The notes below the pieces were generated by a model that saw nothing but the letters and a program-made list of their open reading frames with translations, was not told the origin of the DNA and did not search any database. This document shows, piece by piece, positions 51,174-63,216 of a stretch of DNA of 64,000 bases. The position numbers were made by a program, and so were the translations under genes. How positions within the stretch are numbered: the first letter of the stretch is position 1; the number at the start of each line of letters is the position of its first letter. The stretch comes from Deferribacterales bacterium (lineage in GTDB: Bacteria; Chrysiogenota; Deferribacteres; Deferribacterales; Geovibrionaceae). The stretch spans positions 1 through 64,000 of the forward strand of contig JBFWLW010000007.1 in the NCBI GenBank assembly GCA_050251945.1, in the 5' to 3' direction.

Positions 51174-51332
51174 TTAGCATGATTTTCCTTCTTCAAGCAA
51201 TTCTTTTATGATCATTTTCTTCTTATGTATCGGACAGAGGGGGATCTCCTCTTTCGGGATGTAGACTATCTGGGTATGATCGCAAAGCGGGCATTTGACT
51301 TCAACGGTTGTTACCTTTTCTTTTTCCGCCAT
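51174..51332 (-). CDS. 52-aa zinc-ribbon-like microprotein (absent from ORF track)
   Basis: AAGGAGG RBS; MAEKEKVTTVEVKCPLCDHTQIVYIPKEEIPLCPIHKKKMIIKELLEEGKSC; stop overlaps next RBS (TAAGGAGG). Confidence 0.8.
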   Translation of the reverse strand: MAEKEKVTTVEVKCPLCDHTQIVYIPKEEIPLCPIHKKKMIIKELLEEGKSC

Positions 51333-51425
51333 TACTGCCTCCTTAAATATGCGTCCTAAACTTTAATTATACAAAAAAAACAGTAAAAAAATAAAGTAAA
51401 AATGTCTGTGCCGGGGACAGGTCGG

Positions 51426-52427
51426 TTAAAGCAGCGCCAAAACACCGTCTGCATCCCGTTCTTCCGCCGTATAGGGGCAGACAAATCTGCAGAGGTTTTC
51501 CGTTTCATCCCACACATAAAACACATATTTCTCCGAGAGCTTTTTTATCTGTGTGTCTGAGAGGTGCGCGAAAACCGCGTTGCCTTTTACAGGATATTTT
51601 ATTGATATGCCTCTGTCCGTGAAACCGTCTGCAAGTCTGCTGGCGATAGTGTTTGCGCGGTCTGCGTTTTCGAGCCATATTCCGTCTTTAAGATAGGGGA
51701 TAAACTGTGCGGAGACGTATCGCATCTTGGAAAACAGCTGTCCGTATTGCTTTCGGACATATTTTGCGCTTTCGGCGAGGGCAGGGTTAAGGAATATTAC
51801 CGCTTCGCCCATCATAAGCCCGTTCTTTGTTCCGCCGAAGCTCAATATGTCGGCGCCCGCGCATGCCTGTTTCAGGCTGAGCGACATGCCTGCGGCCGCG
51901 TTGGCTATCCTTGATCCGTCTATATGCAGTATGAGGTTATTTTGTTTTGTGAAATCTGAGAGTTCTTTGAGTTCGTCAGGTGTGTACGCTGTGCCTGTTT
52001 CCGTTGTCTGGCTGATGGAAACTGCTTTCGGCTGGCTCTGGTGTTCAAAGCCGGTGTGTGCCAGACAGGGCTTCAGCATCTCAGGCTTAAGCTTGCCGTC
52101 GGCTGTTTTGATCGGGACAAGCTTGCTAGCTGTGAACCGTTCCACCGCGCCGCATTCGTCGCATGCAATGTGTGCCGTTTCCGCGCATAAAATGGATTGA
52201 TAGGGCAAAAGGACGCTTGCCAGCGAAATGACGTTCGCGCCTGTTCCCGTGAGCACGGGAAAATAAAGCGCCTGTTCGCCGAACTCCTTTCTGAAAAGAG
52301 TTTCGGCTTCCTCCGTCCACCTGTCGCTACCGTACGATTTTGCATATCCAATGCCAGCGTCAGCCACTGCCTGAATGATCCTTGGGTCGGCAGGCGCCGT
52401 GTTGTCGCTTAAGAATAAAATATCCAT
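51426..52427 (-). CDS. Low-specificity L-threonine aldolase family PLP enzyme
   Basis: SDN, TGTGAN, AHIACDECGA, HIDGSR, SFGGTKNG. Confidence 0.9.
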   Translation of the reverse strand: MDILFLSDNTAPADPRIIQAVADAGIGYAKSYGSDRWTEEAETLFRKEFGEQALYFPVLTGTGANVISLASVLLPYQSILCAETAHIACDECGAVERFTASKLVPIKTADGKLKPEMLKPCLAHTGFEHQSQPKAVSISQTTETGTAYTPDELKELSDFTKQNNLILHIDGSRIANAAAGMSLSLKQACAGADILSFGGTKNGLMMGEAVIFLNPALAESAKYVRKQYGQLFSKMRYVSAQFIPYLKDGIWLENADRANTIASRLADGFTDRGISIKYPVKGNAVFAHLSDTQIKKLSEKYVFYVWDETENLCRFVCPYTAEERDADGVLALL

Positions 52428-52613
52428 TTAAAATGCCTTAAGTTTCTTTATAAAAAAATAATGATAGCATTAACCGTTCATCTTCGCAATGTATTAGTTT
52501 GGTTATAAAAAGACCTTATTTGTCAACATCTTGACCTGTATTGTTTTGGCTTTACATCCATATCAAAAACCTTTAAACTAGATTGTTTTGAATGAAAATC
52601 TCGGAGGGTTTTT

Positions 52614-53843
52614 ATGGAAGAAAGCAAACTGAAAACCGGTCTTATCGGTATCCAGATGCTGTTCGTTGCTTTCGGAGCGCTGGTTCTTGTTCCTCTGCTT
52701 ACGGGACTTGATCCTTCGATAGCTCTGTTTACGGCGGGAGCAGGCACGCTTCTGTTTCAGGTTATAACAAAACGGATGGTTCCCGTTTTTCTCGCAAGTT
52801 CTTTCGCGTTCATCGCTCCCATACAGTTCGGTATCAAGCAGTTCGGTGTAGCCGCCACCCTCGGCGGTCTTGCATGTGCCGGTCTTGCATACCTTGTTTT
52901 CAGCGCCATGGTGAAGGTCGGCGGCGTTGAAGCCATCGAAAAATACCTGCCTGCCATTGTAACAGGTCCTGTTATTATGGTAATCGGTCTTAACCTCGCT
53001 CCTGTTGCGGTTAATATGGCGAAGAGTTTCGACGGTTCCGGCAACTATGACGGCAAAGCGATGCTGATTGCAATGATATCTCTGCTTACTGCCATTCTTA
53101 CGGTTGTTTACGGTAAAAAACTTCTCAGCCTGATACCTGTTCTGATGGGTATCATAGTGGGCTACGTTGTTTCGCTTATAATGGGAGTTGTCAGCTTTCA
53201 GCCCATTGCAGATGCCGCATGGCTTGCAAACCCATGGTCTGCGGCACTGGCAAACGGTTCATTCGCTATACCGGTTTTTGACATATCGGCTATCCTCTAT
53301 ATAGTTCCCGTGGCGATAGCACCCGCTATTGAACACGTCGGCGACGTTCTTGCCATTTCAAACGTTGCGGGCAAGAATTACCTGAAAAATCCCGGTCTTC
53401 ACAGGACGCTTCTGGGCGACGGTCTTGCGACCACCTTTGCAAGCCTTCTCGGCGGACCTCCCAACACAACTTATTCCGAAGTTACAGGAGCCGTGGCTCT
53501 CACAAAATCATACAGAGTTGTCTATATGACCATCGCCGCATGCACAGCCATCGTACTTGCTTTTGTGGGCAAGCTCGGTGCAGTGCTTAAGACCATCCCC
53601 GTTCCCGTTATGGGCGGGATCATGATACTGCTGTTCGGCATGATAGCCGCTATCGGTATCGGAACCGTTGTCCGTGAGCGCGTGGATATGTCAAAAGCGC
53701 GCAATCTTATCATCGCCTCCGTTATCCTTGTTGTCGGAATAGGCAACCTGAGCATAACAATGGGCAAGATTACTCTCGGCGGTATCGGTCTTGCGGGCAT
53801 AGTCGGCGTTATCCTTAACTTAATACTTCCCAAGGATAAATGA
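52614..53843 (+). CDS. uraA: Uracil permease (NAT/NCS2 family)
   Basis: [32 protein letters not shown]; adjacent to upp. Confidence 0.93.
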   Translation: MEESKLKTGLIGIQMLFVAFGALVLVPLLTGLDPSIALFTAGAGTLLFQVITKRMVPVFLASSFAFIAPIQFGIKQFGVAATLGGLACAGLAYLVFSAMVKVGGVEAIEKYLPAIVTGPVIMVIGLNLAPVAVNMAKSFDGSGNYDGKAMLIAMISLLTAILTVVYGKKLLSLIPVLMGIIVGYVVSLIMGVVSFQPIADAAWLANPWSAALANGSFAIPVFDISAILYIVPVAIAPAIEHVGDVLAISNVAGKNYLKNPGLHRTLLGDGLATTFASLLGGPPNTTYSEVTGAVALTKSYRVVYMTIAACTAIVLAFVGKLGAVLKTIPVPVMGGIMILLFGMIAAIGIGTVVRERVDMSKARNLIIASVILVVGIGNLSITMGKITLGGIGLAGIVGVILNLILPKDK

Positions 53844-54478
53844 TGAACTACCCGAATTTTCAAGTTATCAGTCACCCGCTCATAGAGCATAAACTAACCT
53901 TTATTCGCGACCTGACCACCCCGAAAAAGGGTTTTAAGGAACTGGTGGACGAAGTTGCAATGCTTATGGCGTATGAGATCACAAAGGATTTCCCGCTGGA
54001 AGAAGTTGAGATAGAAACACCTATCTGTAAAACGAAAACCAAGATAGTTTCCGGCAAAAAGGTTGTTCTAGTGCCTATCCTGCGTGCGGGTCTTGGTATG
54101 GTTGACGGTATATTAAAGCTTATCCCGTCCGCCCGTGTGGGGCATATTGGTCTTTACAGAGACCATGAAACGCTTCAGCCTGTTTCGTATTACTTTAAAA
54201 TTCCGCCTCAGAGCGAGGACAGGGATTTCATACTGATCGACCCGATGCTCGCCACGGGAGGCTCTGCAATTGCCGCAGTGGACAAGCTGAAAGAGGTCGG
54301 TGTTAAGAATATCAAGTTTATGTGCCTGATAGCCGCTCCGGAAGGGGTTAAGGCTTTCTGCGATGCGCACCCAGACGTTAAGGTGTTTGCCGCAGGGCTT
54401 GACGAGTGTCTGAACGGGAACGGGTACATAGTGCCCGGGCTTGGAGACGCAGGCGACAGGTTATTTGGAACTAAGTAG
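53840..54478 (+). CDS. upp: Uracil phosphoribosyltransferase
   Basis: [30 protein letters not shown]. Confidence 0.98.
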   Translation: MMNYPNFQVISHPLIEHKLTFIRDLTTPKKGFKELVDEVAMLMAYEITKDFPLEEVEIETPICKTKTKIVSGKKVVLVPILRAGLGMVDGILKLIPSARVGHIGLYRDHETLQPVSYYFKIPPQSEDRDFILIDPMLATGGSAIAAVDKLKEVGVKNIKFMCLIAAPEGVKAFCDAHPDVKVFAAGLDECLNGNGYIVPGLGDAGDRLFGTK

Positions 54479-54481
54479 ACA

Positions 54482-54510
54482 GGGCGGGTTAAAAACCCGC
54501 CCATTTGTTT
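54482..54510 (+). terminator. Intrinsic terminator
   Basis: GGGCGGGTT-AAA-AACCCGCCC followed by T-rich tract. Confidence 0.75.
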
Positions 54511-54535
54511 TATTATCGCTTCTAAACTTCTCATT

Positions 54536-54915
54536 TCTTCGTTGAAGTCTAAAAAATATTGCTCATGTACCTTCGTTGCGTACACTGCGCATATTTTTTA
54601 TCCTTCGCCTTGAACTGCTCGTTTATAACCGATAAGTTCAAGACGTTTGCCGTCACTGCGAGGGCGTAGCCCGCAGCAGTCTGATTTCTAAAGCTGACGT
54701 TTTAGTTTGCTTCGTCATTTCATTCCTCGCAAAGACGCAGGGATGTCTCTGCGAGGAGCAGCGCGACGAAGCAGTCTCAATTCACTACGTAATTTCTTCC
54801 ATCCATGGAGAAATTATGCCAACTCTTCGGTCGGCAGAAGCCTTCCTTCGCTCACGCAAGCGTGTTTCATCCTGAAACCAATTTCGTCTCTGCGAGCAGA
54901 GCGAAGCAGTCTCTT
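54536..54915. repeat. Mosaic of palindromic repeats (family 2, four short units, family 3 copy 2)
   Basis: GCTCATGTAC..GTACACTGCGC; short units at ~54651, ~54708 (inverted), ~54746 and ~54885; family 3 at 54788-54878. Confidence 0.8.
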
Positions 54916-54917
54916 TC

Positions 54918-56015
54918 TTACAAGCCTAAAAATCGTCCTTCGCTGTATATCAGTTTTCCGTCCGCGTATGCCTTTCCGTCATGCATGGACTTTATCATAT
55001 CCCAGTGGATGCCTGACTTGTTCTTTCCGCCCGCTTCGGGATAGCTTGCGCCCACAGCCATGTGGATTGTGCGTCCTATCTTCTCGTCGAAAAGAATGTT
55101 CTTTGTCGGCTTGTCGATATTGTCGTTAAGACCGAAGGCGCACTCGCCGATGAACCTTGAGCCTTCGTCTGTTTCCAGAACGCTTTGCAGGAAATCGTTA
55201 CCTTTCTCTGCGGATGCCTCAACAATACGTCCCTTTTCAATTTTCAGCAGAATGCCGCCCGCTTCCACACCCATGTATGATGTGGGCAGGTCGAAATATA
55301 TCTGACCGTTCACGCCGTCTTCAACCGGACTGGTGTATACCTCGCCATCCGGCATGTTGTGGTGTCCGTTACAGTTCAGCCATTTACGCCCTTCAACATT
55401 ATAGGTCAGGTCGGTCTTTTCGCCCACAACGCGCAGTTCCTTTGTTCCGGTAAGAATATTCACTACTTTTTGTTGGAACTCGTCAACTTTGCGCCATGCG
55501 GCAACCGGATCCGCTTCGTTCAGCTTGCATGCGTTGAAAACGAACTCTGTGTATTCATCCAGAGACATTTCGGCATCCTGTGCCATTGCCTGCGAAGGGT
55601 AGGGGCAGAGTGACCAGCGGAATTCGCCATTCTGTTCGCGTTCCATAAGAACGTCGCGTACCTGACGCATTGTCTTGCTGGCGAGAGCTATTTTAGATTT
55701 GTCAGCCCTTGTGAGCTGTTTTGTGTTGCTTGTGCTGTCAATGTACACCTGCGCGGTGATATTGTGTGCGTCCGCCATGACACTGGGCGCTATGAACTCA
55801 AGCTGTTTTGCGCTTGCGTTGCTGTAAAAAGCCGCCTGCTGTTCGGCGATAGCCATACGCAGAATGGGGTGAGCACCCATTTGGAGAGCTTTCACCATCA
55901 GTGCTTTAACAAGCGGTTCTGATACTGTTTCAGCGCGGATAAGAAATATGTCATCCTCTTTCAGATTGAGGGAGTATTCGCATATAAGGTCTGCCATCTT
56001 CTTTTCTAATTGCAT
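54918..56015 (-). CDS. M29 family aminopeptidase (AmpS/PepS-like)
   Basis: NMPDGEVYTSP, GECAFG, LFDEKI, HMAVGASY, SGIHWDM. Confidence 0.93.
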   Translation of the reverse strand: MQLEKKMADLICEYSLNLKEDDIFLIRAETVSEPLVKALMVKALQMGAHPILRMAIAEQQAAFYSNASAKQLEFIAPSVMADAHNITAQVYIDSTSNTKQLTRADKSKIALASKTMRQVRDVLMEREQNGEFRWSLCPYPSQAMAQDAEMSLDEYTEFVFNACKLNEADPVAAWRKVDEFQQKVVNILTGTKELRVVGEKTDLTYNVEGRKWLNCNGHHNMPDGEVYTSPVEDGVNGQIYFDLPTSYMGVEAGGILLKIEKGRIVEASAEKGNDFLQSVLETDEGSRFIGECAFGLNDNIDKPTKNILFDEKIGRTIHMAVGASYPEAGGKNKSGIHWDMIKSMHDGKAYADGKLIYSEGRFLGL

Positions 56016-56111
56016 GATATGCTCCTGTTTTCATTCAATAATGCTATAATAATATGAACTCGTTATTAATCAACAAGTCTTTACAATATAACTAAATCTA
56101 TCAGGTGATAA

Positions 56112-57407
56112 ATGCAGAAGAGAGTTAACAGACTTATTTTATACACACTCGACCCGTTCGGAAGGTTTTTGAAGCTTGAATCATCCAGCAGCATCCTGAT
56201 GATAGGCTCGATGGTTCTGGCACTGATATTTGCGAATTCAGCGCTTTCAGACGGTTATTTCTCATTCTTTCAGCAGAGGCTCGGCGTTACAATGGGGGCT
56301 TTCTCGCTGTATAAACCCCTTATCCTATGGATAAATGACGGTCTGATGGCACTGTTCTTCCTCCTTGTGGGGTTGGAAGTGAAACGGGAGTTCATACACG
56401 GCGAACTTTCCACACCTGCGCAGGCGATTCTGCCTGCTGTGGGAGCCATCGGAGGCGCTGTTGTCCCCGCCGCCATATATGCACTTTTAAACGTAAAGGG
56501 TGTTATGAGCGGGTGGGGCGTTCCCATGGCTACTGACATTGCTTTTGCCATAGGACTTCTGACACTGCTGGGAAGCGGTGTGCCTTCCGGTCTGAAAGTT
56601 TTTCTTGCGTCGCTGGCAGTTGTTGACGACCTACTGGCAGTGCTTGTGATAGCTCTTTTTTATACTGAATCCATCGTCATGTCATATATGATGTGGGGTG
56701 CTGTGGCTGTTGCGGCTCTGTTCGTGCTGAACAGGATGAAGGTTGCGGCTATCACTCCCTATATGGCTGTTGGCGGGATACTCTGGTATTGTCTGCTGAA
56801 AGCGGGAATACACGCCACTGCGGCGGGTGTCATAACGGCAATGTTTGTTCCGTCTGCACCTGCGATACCGCTTAACGTATTCAGCCGCCTGACAAAAGCG
56901 TCAATATCAAAAATTGACAACGACGATAATAAAGAACTTACAAAAGAGAACGAGCATGAACTGAACAGGGTGGTTCATATGGCTACCTATGCCTCAAGTC
57001 CGCTTTCAAGGCTTGAGGAGAGTCTGCACAGCTTCACGGCATATATAATCATGCCTGTGTTTGCGTTCTCGAACATGGGACTGCTGTTTGATGTCGGAAA
57101 TGTCGGTGCAGAGGGTGTTGCTGTGTCTGCAGGTATAGCCGCCGGGCTTGTCATCGGCAAACCGCTCGGCATTGTGGGCAGTGTGGCGCTTCTCATGAAA
57201 TTCGGAAAGGTAGCTTTGCCGGAAGGCGTTAATATGAAACATATAATAGGAGCCGGTATGCTTGCCGGCGTCGGTCTCACCATGTCGATTTTCATTTCCA
57301 CCATGGCGTTTCCCGAAGAGATGCAGAACGTTGCGAAGCTTTCCATTCTGGGTGCTTCCGCCTTGTCTGCCGTTTTTGGATTATTCTACCTGAAAAGGCA
57401 TATATAG
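56112..57407 (+). CDS. nhaA: Na+/H+ antiporter
   Basis: WINDGLMALFF, GLEVKRE, ATDIAFA, AVVDD, GKPLG. Confidence 0.96.
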   Translation: MQKRVNRLILYTLDPFGRFLKLESSSSILMIGSMVLALIFANSALSDGYFSFFQQRLGVTMGAFSLYKPLILWINDGLMALFFLLVGLEVKREFIHGELSTPAQAILPAVGAIGGAVVPAAIYALLNVKGVMSGWGVPMATDIAFAIGLLTLLGSGVPSGLKVFLASLAVVDDLLAVLVIALFYTESIVMSYMMWGAVAVAALFVLNRMKVAAITPYMAVGGILWYCLLKAGIHATAAGVITAMFVPSAPAIPLNVFSRLTKASISKIDNDDNKELTKENEHELNRVVHMATYASSPLSRLEESLHSFTAYIIMPVFAFSNMGLLFDVGNVGAEGVAVSAGIAAGLVIGKPLGIVGSVALLMKFGKVALPEGVNMKHIIGAGMLAGVGLTMSIFISTMAFPEEMQNVAKLSILGASALSAVFGLFYLKRHI

Positions 57408-57638
57408 ATTCCGCGGCGCCGGATGTTCTCCGGCGTCATGTTTTTCAACCCCGTTATTGTCTCATCTACATTGATACACCCTGTCTCACGGTGCAGTCAC
57501 ACAGCTCCGTAAATCATCATTCAAATATGTTTTATCAGTAACTTATCTTTAAAAATCCCTTGGTGTCAATTTTGCTTGCTATTTGTGTCCACAAAAAATG
57601 TCTCAGATCAATATTATTAATTATGCGGAGGCTTTTGA

Positions 57639-59306
57639 ATGTTCAGATCCATTAATGGCAAAATACTGATGCTGGTAACTGTTCCTGTGTTATGCGTGGC
57701 TGCTATCATTCTTATGTCAGTGATAATCGAAATGAATATCAGTGCGTCGGATGAGATTGAAGAGACACGCGAAAATCTTATTCTCGCCAAAAAGAATGAG
57801 CTGAAAAAACTGATCGACGAATACATAACGTCCGTTACTCCGATATTGGATAACAACAGTATGTCCGTTGATGAGCGGAGGCAGATGATTATAAGTATGC
57901 TGGATAAGGTTACGTTTGATAACGTCGGCAGTAAGGACGGATATCTCGTCGGTTATTCATATGAAGGGATCGCGTTGTCGATCAGAACCGCTCCGGATCT
58001 GGTTGGTAAGAACCTTTATGAAAGAGTTAAAAATTCGATTAACGCCGCAAGAAACGGCGGAGGTTATGACGAGTATATGTGGCAGCTGCCCGGAACAAAT
58101 CAGGAAGTTCTTAAGATCAGCTATGCCAGAGGGATTGACAGTTTGGGCATGATGGTCGGAACAGCCGCCAGTACGGAGGATATCAGTAAAGCAGTGGAGA
58201 AAATTGAAGCTTCGACACATCGAAAAATAATGAAAACTGTGGCTCTGGTCTTTTTTATATCATTAGGTGTGATCGTGGTGACGCTTATCATCGCAAAATA
58301 TTTTGCAAAAATGCTCACTGCAGGAATAATCAATGCGTCGGCGACGCTAAAGGAGATATCATCGGGCAGAGGGGATCTCACCAAAAGACTTGACGTTAAA
58401 TCCAATGACGAAGTCGGCAAGCTGGCGGAATATTTCAACAGCTTTATTGACAAGCTTCGGGAAATAATCGCAACATTGCAGCACAGCGCCCATTCAGTCG
58501 CTTCCGGCAGTACGGAACTTGCCGCTGCAACTGAAGAGCTGTCGGCAACAGTGAACGATCAGTCGGCACAGATACTCAGCGTTGCCGGAGCCACTAACCA
58601 GATGAATACAGCGTCAGCCGCTATGACGGATGATCTGGCAGCAAGCAGTAAAATTGCCAATGAAACCTCGGCAACCACCACAGAGGGAAGAAACAAGATT
58701 CAGACTGCAATGGATGAAGTTAACGGTATTAAAACAAGCGTGGATCAGCTCAACGGAACAATACAAAAACTTGTAAACTCGTCTCAGGAGATAAATGAAA
58801 TTCTTGATGTCATAAGCGATATCGCCGATCAGACAAACCTTCTTGCGCTTAATGCCGCTATTGAGGCGGCAAGGGCAGGCGACCACGGAAGAGGATTTGC
58901 GGTTGTGGCAGATGAAGTGCGCAAACTTGCGGAGAGAACGCAGAGTTCAACAGGTGAAATAGGCGGCATCATAAATAACCTCAGGACAGATTCGCTGAAA
59001 GCTTCGAGCGATATGTCGGTTGCAAGGAATCAGGTGGAATCAGGAGTAAATATTATGCTTGAGACCGCCGGTTTTTTTGACAAAATAGTAAGTTCTGTTG
59101 ATGAAATGAAGCAAATGAACGCTTCTATTAAAGCATCCATGTCGAACCAGAAAGACGGGATGCACGAAATAAACGATAAAGCACAAGCTATTTCCACCGG
59201 AGTTGAGCAAAGTTCAAGCGCTCTCCTGGAGATAAGCAGAACGGTTTCGGATCTGGAAAAACAATCGGAAGAACTGCAGGACGTTATAAAACAGTTCAGG
59301 ATATAG
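57639..59306 (+). CDS. Methyl-accepting chemotaxis protein with single Cache domain
   Basis: TM-Cache ([14 protein letters not shown])-TM-HAMP; MCP core motif. Confidence 0.95.
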   Translation: MFRSINGKILMLVTVPVLCVAAIILMSVIIEMNISASDEIEETRENLILAKKNELKKLIDEYITSVTPILDNNSMSVDERRQMIISMLDKVTFDNVGSKDGYLVGYSYEGIALSIRTAPDLVGKNLYERVKNSINAARNGGGYDEYMWQLPGTNQEVLKISYARGIDSLGMMVGTAASTEDISKAVEKIEASTHRKIMKTVALVFFISLGVIVVTLIIAKYFAKMLTAGIINASATLKEISSGRGDLTKRLDVKSNDEVGKLAEYFNSFIDKLREIIATLQHSAHSVASGSTELAAATEELSATVNDQSAQILSVAGATNQMNTASAAMTDDLAASSKIANETSATTTEGRNKIQTAMDEVNGIKTSVDQLNGTIQKLVNSSQEINEILDVISDIADQTNLLALNAAIEAARAGDHGRGFAVVADEVRKLAERTQSSTGEIGGIINNLRTDSLKASSDMSVARNQVESGVNIMLETAGFFDKIVSSVDEMKQMNASIKASMSNQKDGMHEINDKAQAISTGVEQSSSALLEISRTVSDLEKQSEELQDVIKQFRI

Positions 59307-59336
59307 ATGAAAAAAGGCGGGCTGAAAACCCGCCTT

Positions 59337-59456
59337 CAGGTTGTTGACAAACTTGTTAAAAGTTAATGAGATTGCCGCGTCAGCCTGCAGCTTCCTCGCA
59401 ATGACAGCAATCTACATCTTCGCGAGGTGTGCATGCGACGACGCGATCTCACATTT
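59337..59456 (-). mobile_element. MITE-like element copy E, truncated
   Basis: Abuts terminator hairpin 59314-36; CAGGTTGTTGACAAA end; nearly identical to copy D up to CTCACATTT. Confidence 0.85.
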
Positions 59457-59549
59457 CACTTCGTTTCATGAGCCTGCATCGTGCAGGCTTGTTTGCGCAG
59501 TCTACTTCTTGAGGTTATAGAAACCCTTAAGTCCTTTAAACGTAGCCTG
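59448..59549 (-). repeat. 102-bp duplicate of the eno 3' end plus downstream 54 nt
   Basis: Direct repeat of 59625-59726 with 5 mismatches. Confidence 0.95.
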
Positions 59550-59563
59550 CTACATTATAAATG

Positions 59564-59668
59564 CGAAAATTTCCCTTCCTGAGAAATTTTCGTCAACGGC
59601 TTAGGCAGGCAAAGCCCGCCCAGCCTCACATTTCACTTCGTTTCATGAGCCTGCATCGTGCAGGCTTG
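59564..59668 (-). repeat. Structured repeat family 3, divergent copy 3
   Basis: ATGAAAC..GTGAG..GGCTTTGCC..GTTG.CGAAAATTT..AGGA..AAATTTTCG. Confidence 0.6.
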
Positions 59669-59678
59669 TTTGCGCAGT

Positions 59679-61013
<1,335 letters not shown>

Positions 61014-61201
61014 TTATGGGTAATGAACTATATGTCACCCTGCATTTAACCATAAATTATAGCCACAAATTAAGAAAAATAACAACATCAAATCAGATTC
61101 GACCAATAGTTTGCTTATTTCTCCATTAAAAAACCGTTTATATCACCTTGACTTTGCAACGCGGGATAACTATTATTTTCAAAACTACGGAGCTTCAATT
61201 A

Positions 61202-62497
61202 ATGTATGCAATTCCGAATCTTCTCTTTGCCGACAGGCAGGGCAACATATATGATCACCCACATCTGAAAATGACTGTCAGGAGCGAGAACTATAATTTC
61301 GTTCCCTATGAGGTGGAACTTATCGAACTTCCGCCCTGTTCAAGGCTTTATTTCGTTCCCAACAGCCACCCTGTGGCTTATAACCCCCAGACGGCAGGCA
61401 TGGAGACGTTCACAGGCGGTCATGCCGTCAGTGCATTCCTTGATCCCGGTTTTCTGAGGCTTTTCCTTCCGGCATATGTCAAAAACACGGAAGAGGTGCT
61501 TCCGCTTTACGCTTACACCGCCGTGGGCTGGCTGAATGACAAGTTCGTTGTTCCCGCCATTAAAGTCGACGACGACAGCAAGTGGAACCCCGCAAACTTC
61601 GACTATACCGACGCTTTCAAACCCACCGTGGACAGGATGCTTGAAAAATATCCCGACAACAGACTTTATAAACAGCTCTCCACCTGCGCGCTGGAATACC
61701 ACTGCACGGCGGCGAAGAACGCATTCATCGGAAGATGGGAATGTCCCTTGCCGACAGCTCCCACCTGCAACAGCAGATGCATGGGCTGTATATCCAAACA
61801 GGACGATAAACGCGTAACCGCTCCGCAGGACAGGATAAAATTCACACCCACTCCTGAGGAGATAGCTCAGGTTGCTCTGAACCACTATGAGGTTGCGGAA
61901 GAGCCCATAGTAAGTTTCGGACAGGGCTGCGAAGGCGACCCCATCACAGTTGCTGACACCATCGCGAAGGCTATTAAAATTATCAAGGCGCAGGCGCCGG
62001 AACTTACGGTGAATTTCAACTCGAACTGCTCCAGTCCCGAAAAAATGAAGATGATTTTCGACGCTGGTGTAGATAGCATTAGGGTCAGCCTCAATTCAAT
62101 GGTACAATCCACATATGACGCGTATTACAACCCTGTTGGCTATACCCTTGACGACGTTCTGAAAAGTATAGAGCTTGCCAACAGATATAATGTATATACT
62201 TCGCTTAACTTCCTTACCATGCCGGGCATTAACGACAGAGAGAGCGAAGCGAACACTCTGATAGATTTTCTGGATGCGTATAAGATTGACCTGATTCAGC
62301 TCCGCAATCTGAACATCGACCCTGACTTTCTTTTTGCGGGAATGAAGTTTAAGAAAGAGGAGATTCTGGGACTTAAGAACCTCCTTAAGCTTATAAAAAA
62401 GAAGCACAAGAATATGAAATTCGGCTATTTCAACAGAACCCGTGAGAATTTTCAAAAAGATTTCGGGCTGCCGGATCTGAAAAGGAGGACTAAATGA
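61202..62497 (+). CDS. Uncharacterised radical SAM protein
   Basis: CNSRCMGC (CxxxCxxC), SFGQGCEGDP. Confidence 0.88.
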   Translation: MYAIPNLLFADRQGNIYDHPHLKMTVRSENYNFVPYEVELIELPPCSRLYFVPNSHPVAYNPQTAGMETFTGGHAVSAFLDPGFLRLFLPAYVKNTEEVLPLYAYTAVGWLNDKFVVPAIKVDDDSKWNPANFDYTDAFKPTVDRMLEKYPDNRLYKQLSTCALEYHCTAAKNAFIGRWECPLPTAPTCNSRCMGCISKQDDKRVTAPQDRIKFTPTPEEIAQVALNHYEVAEEPIVSFGQGCEGDPITVADTIAKAIKIIKAQAPELTVNFNSNCSSPEKMKMIFDAGVDSIRVSLNSMVQSTYDAYYNPVGYTLDDVLKSIELANRYNVYTSLNFLTMPGINDRESEANTLIDFLDAYKIDLIQLRNLNIDPDFLFAGMKFKKEEILGLKNLLKLIKKKHKNMKFGYFNRTRENFQKDFGLPDLKRRTK

Positions 62498-63216
62498 AAA
62501 AGATTTTGGTTATTGTCACAATGCTTTTCTGCGCGACGGCATTCGCAGGGGATTTTAAACTGTCGAACAGTCTTACGCAGGATGAGTTCAGCGATCTGGT
62601 ACAGGATATCGGTCTTGCCGTTACCCCCACACCCAACAGCCCTGCAGAACCTCTCGGCACTCTCGGTTTTGACATAGCGCTGGAATCTCAGTTCACCACC
62701 ATTGACGACGGTTCCGCCAGATGGAAACACGCATGGGACGACGGCGACCCTGACAGCGGTATACTGGCAAACAGAGTGCACATTCAGAAAGGACTTCCTT
62801 TCGGTCTTGACCTCGGCGCCAGCATCACAAAAGGCGGTAACATCGACTTCACAGCTGTCACCATCGAAGCTAAATACGCAATTCTTGAAGGCTCCGTTGT
62901 CACTCCAGCTATAAGCGCAAAAGCCGCTTATACAAAAGTGATGGACATGGACGACATTGACCTTCAGTCAGGTCTTGTGGGACTCTATATCAGCAAAGGA
63001 TTCCTTATGCTTACGCCCTATGCAGGTATCGAGGACGTTTATACAATGGCAAGCACTGATTCCGACACTGTGGATCTTGACGACGAAAACGTAAACGCTG
63101 TCAGAGGCATGGTCGGTCTTCAGATATGTCCTTTCCCCTTCATCGTTCTTAACGTTGAAGCAGCGAGAGGCGGCGATGTTAACCAGTATGCCCTTAAGGC
63201 GGCAATCAGGTTCTAA
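62494..63216 (+). CDS. Predicted outer-membrane beta-barrel protein, unknown function
   Basis: Signal peptide, alternating beta-strand pattern, C-terminal Phe (AAIRF). Confidence 0.7.
   Translation: MKKILVIVTMLFCATAFAGDFKLSNSLTQDEFSDLVQDIGLAVTPTPNSPAEPLGTLGFDIALESQFTTIDDGSARWKHAWDDGDPDSGILANRVHIQKGLPFGLDLGASITKGGNIDFTAVTIEAKYAILEGSVVTPAISAKAAYTKVMDMDDIDLQSGLVGLYISKGFLMLTPYAGIEDVYTMASTDSDTVDLDDENVNAVRGMVGLQICPFPFIVLNVEAARGGDVNQYALKAAIRF

Noticed and set aside
52430..52613. PyrR attenuator upstream of uraA-upp
   Set aside because: No PyrR binding-loop consensus and no leader terminator
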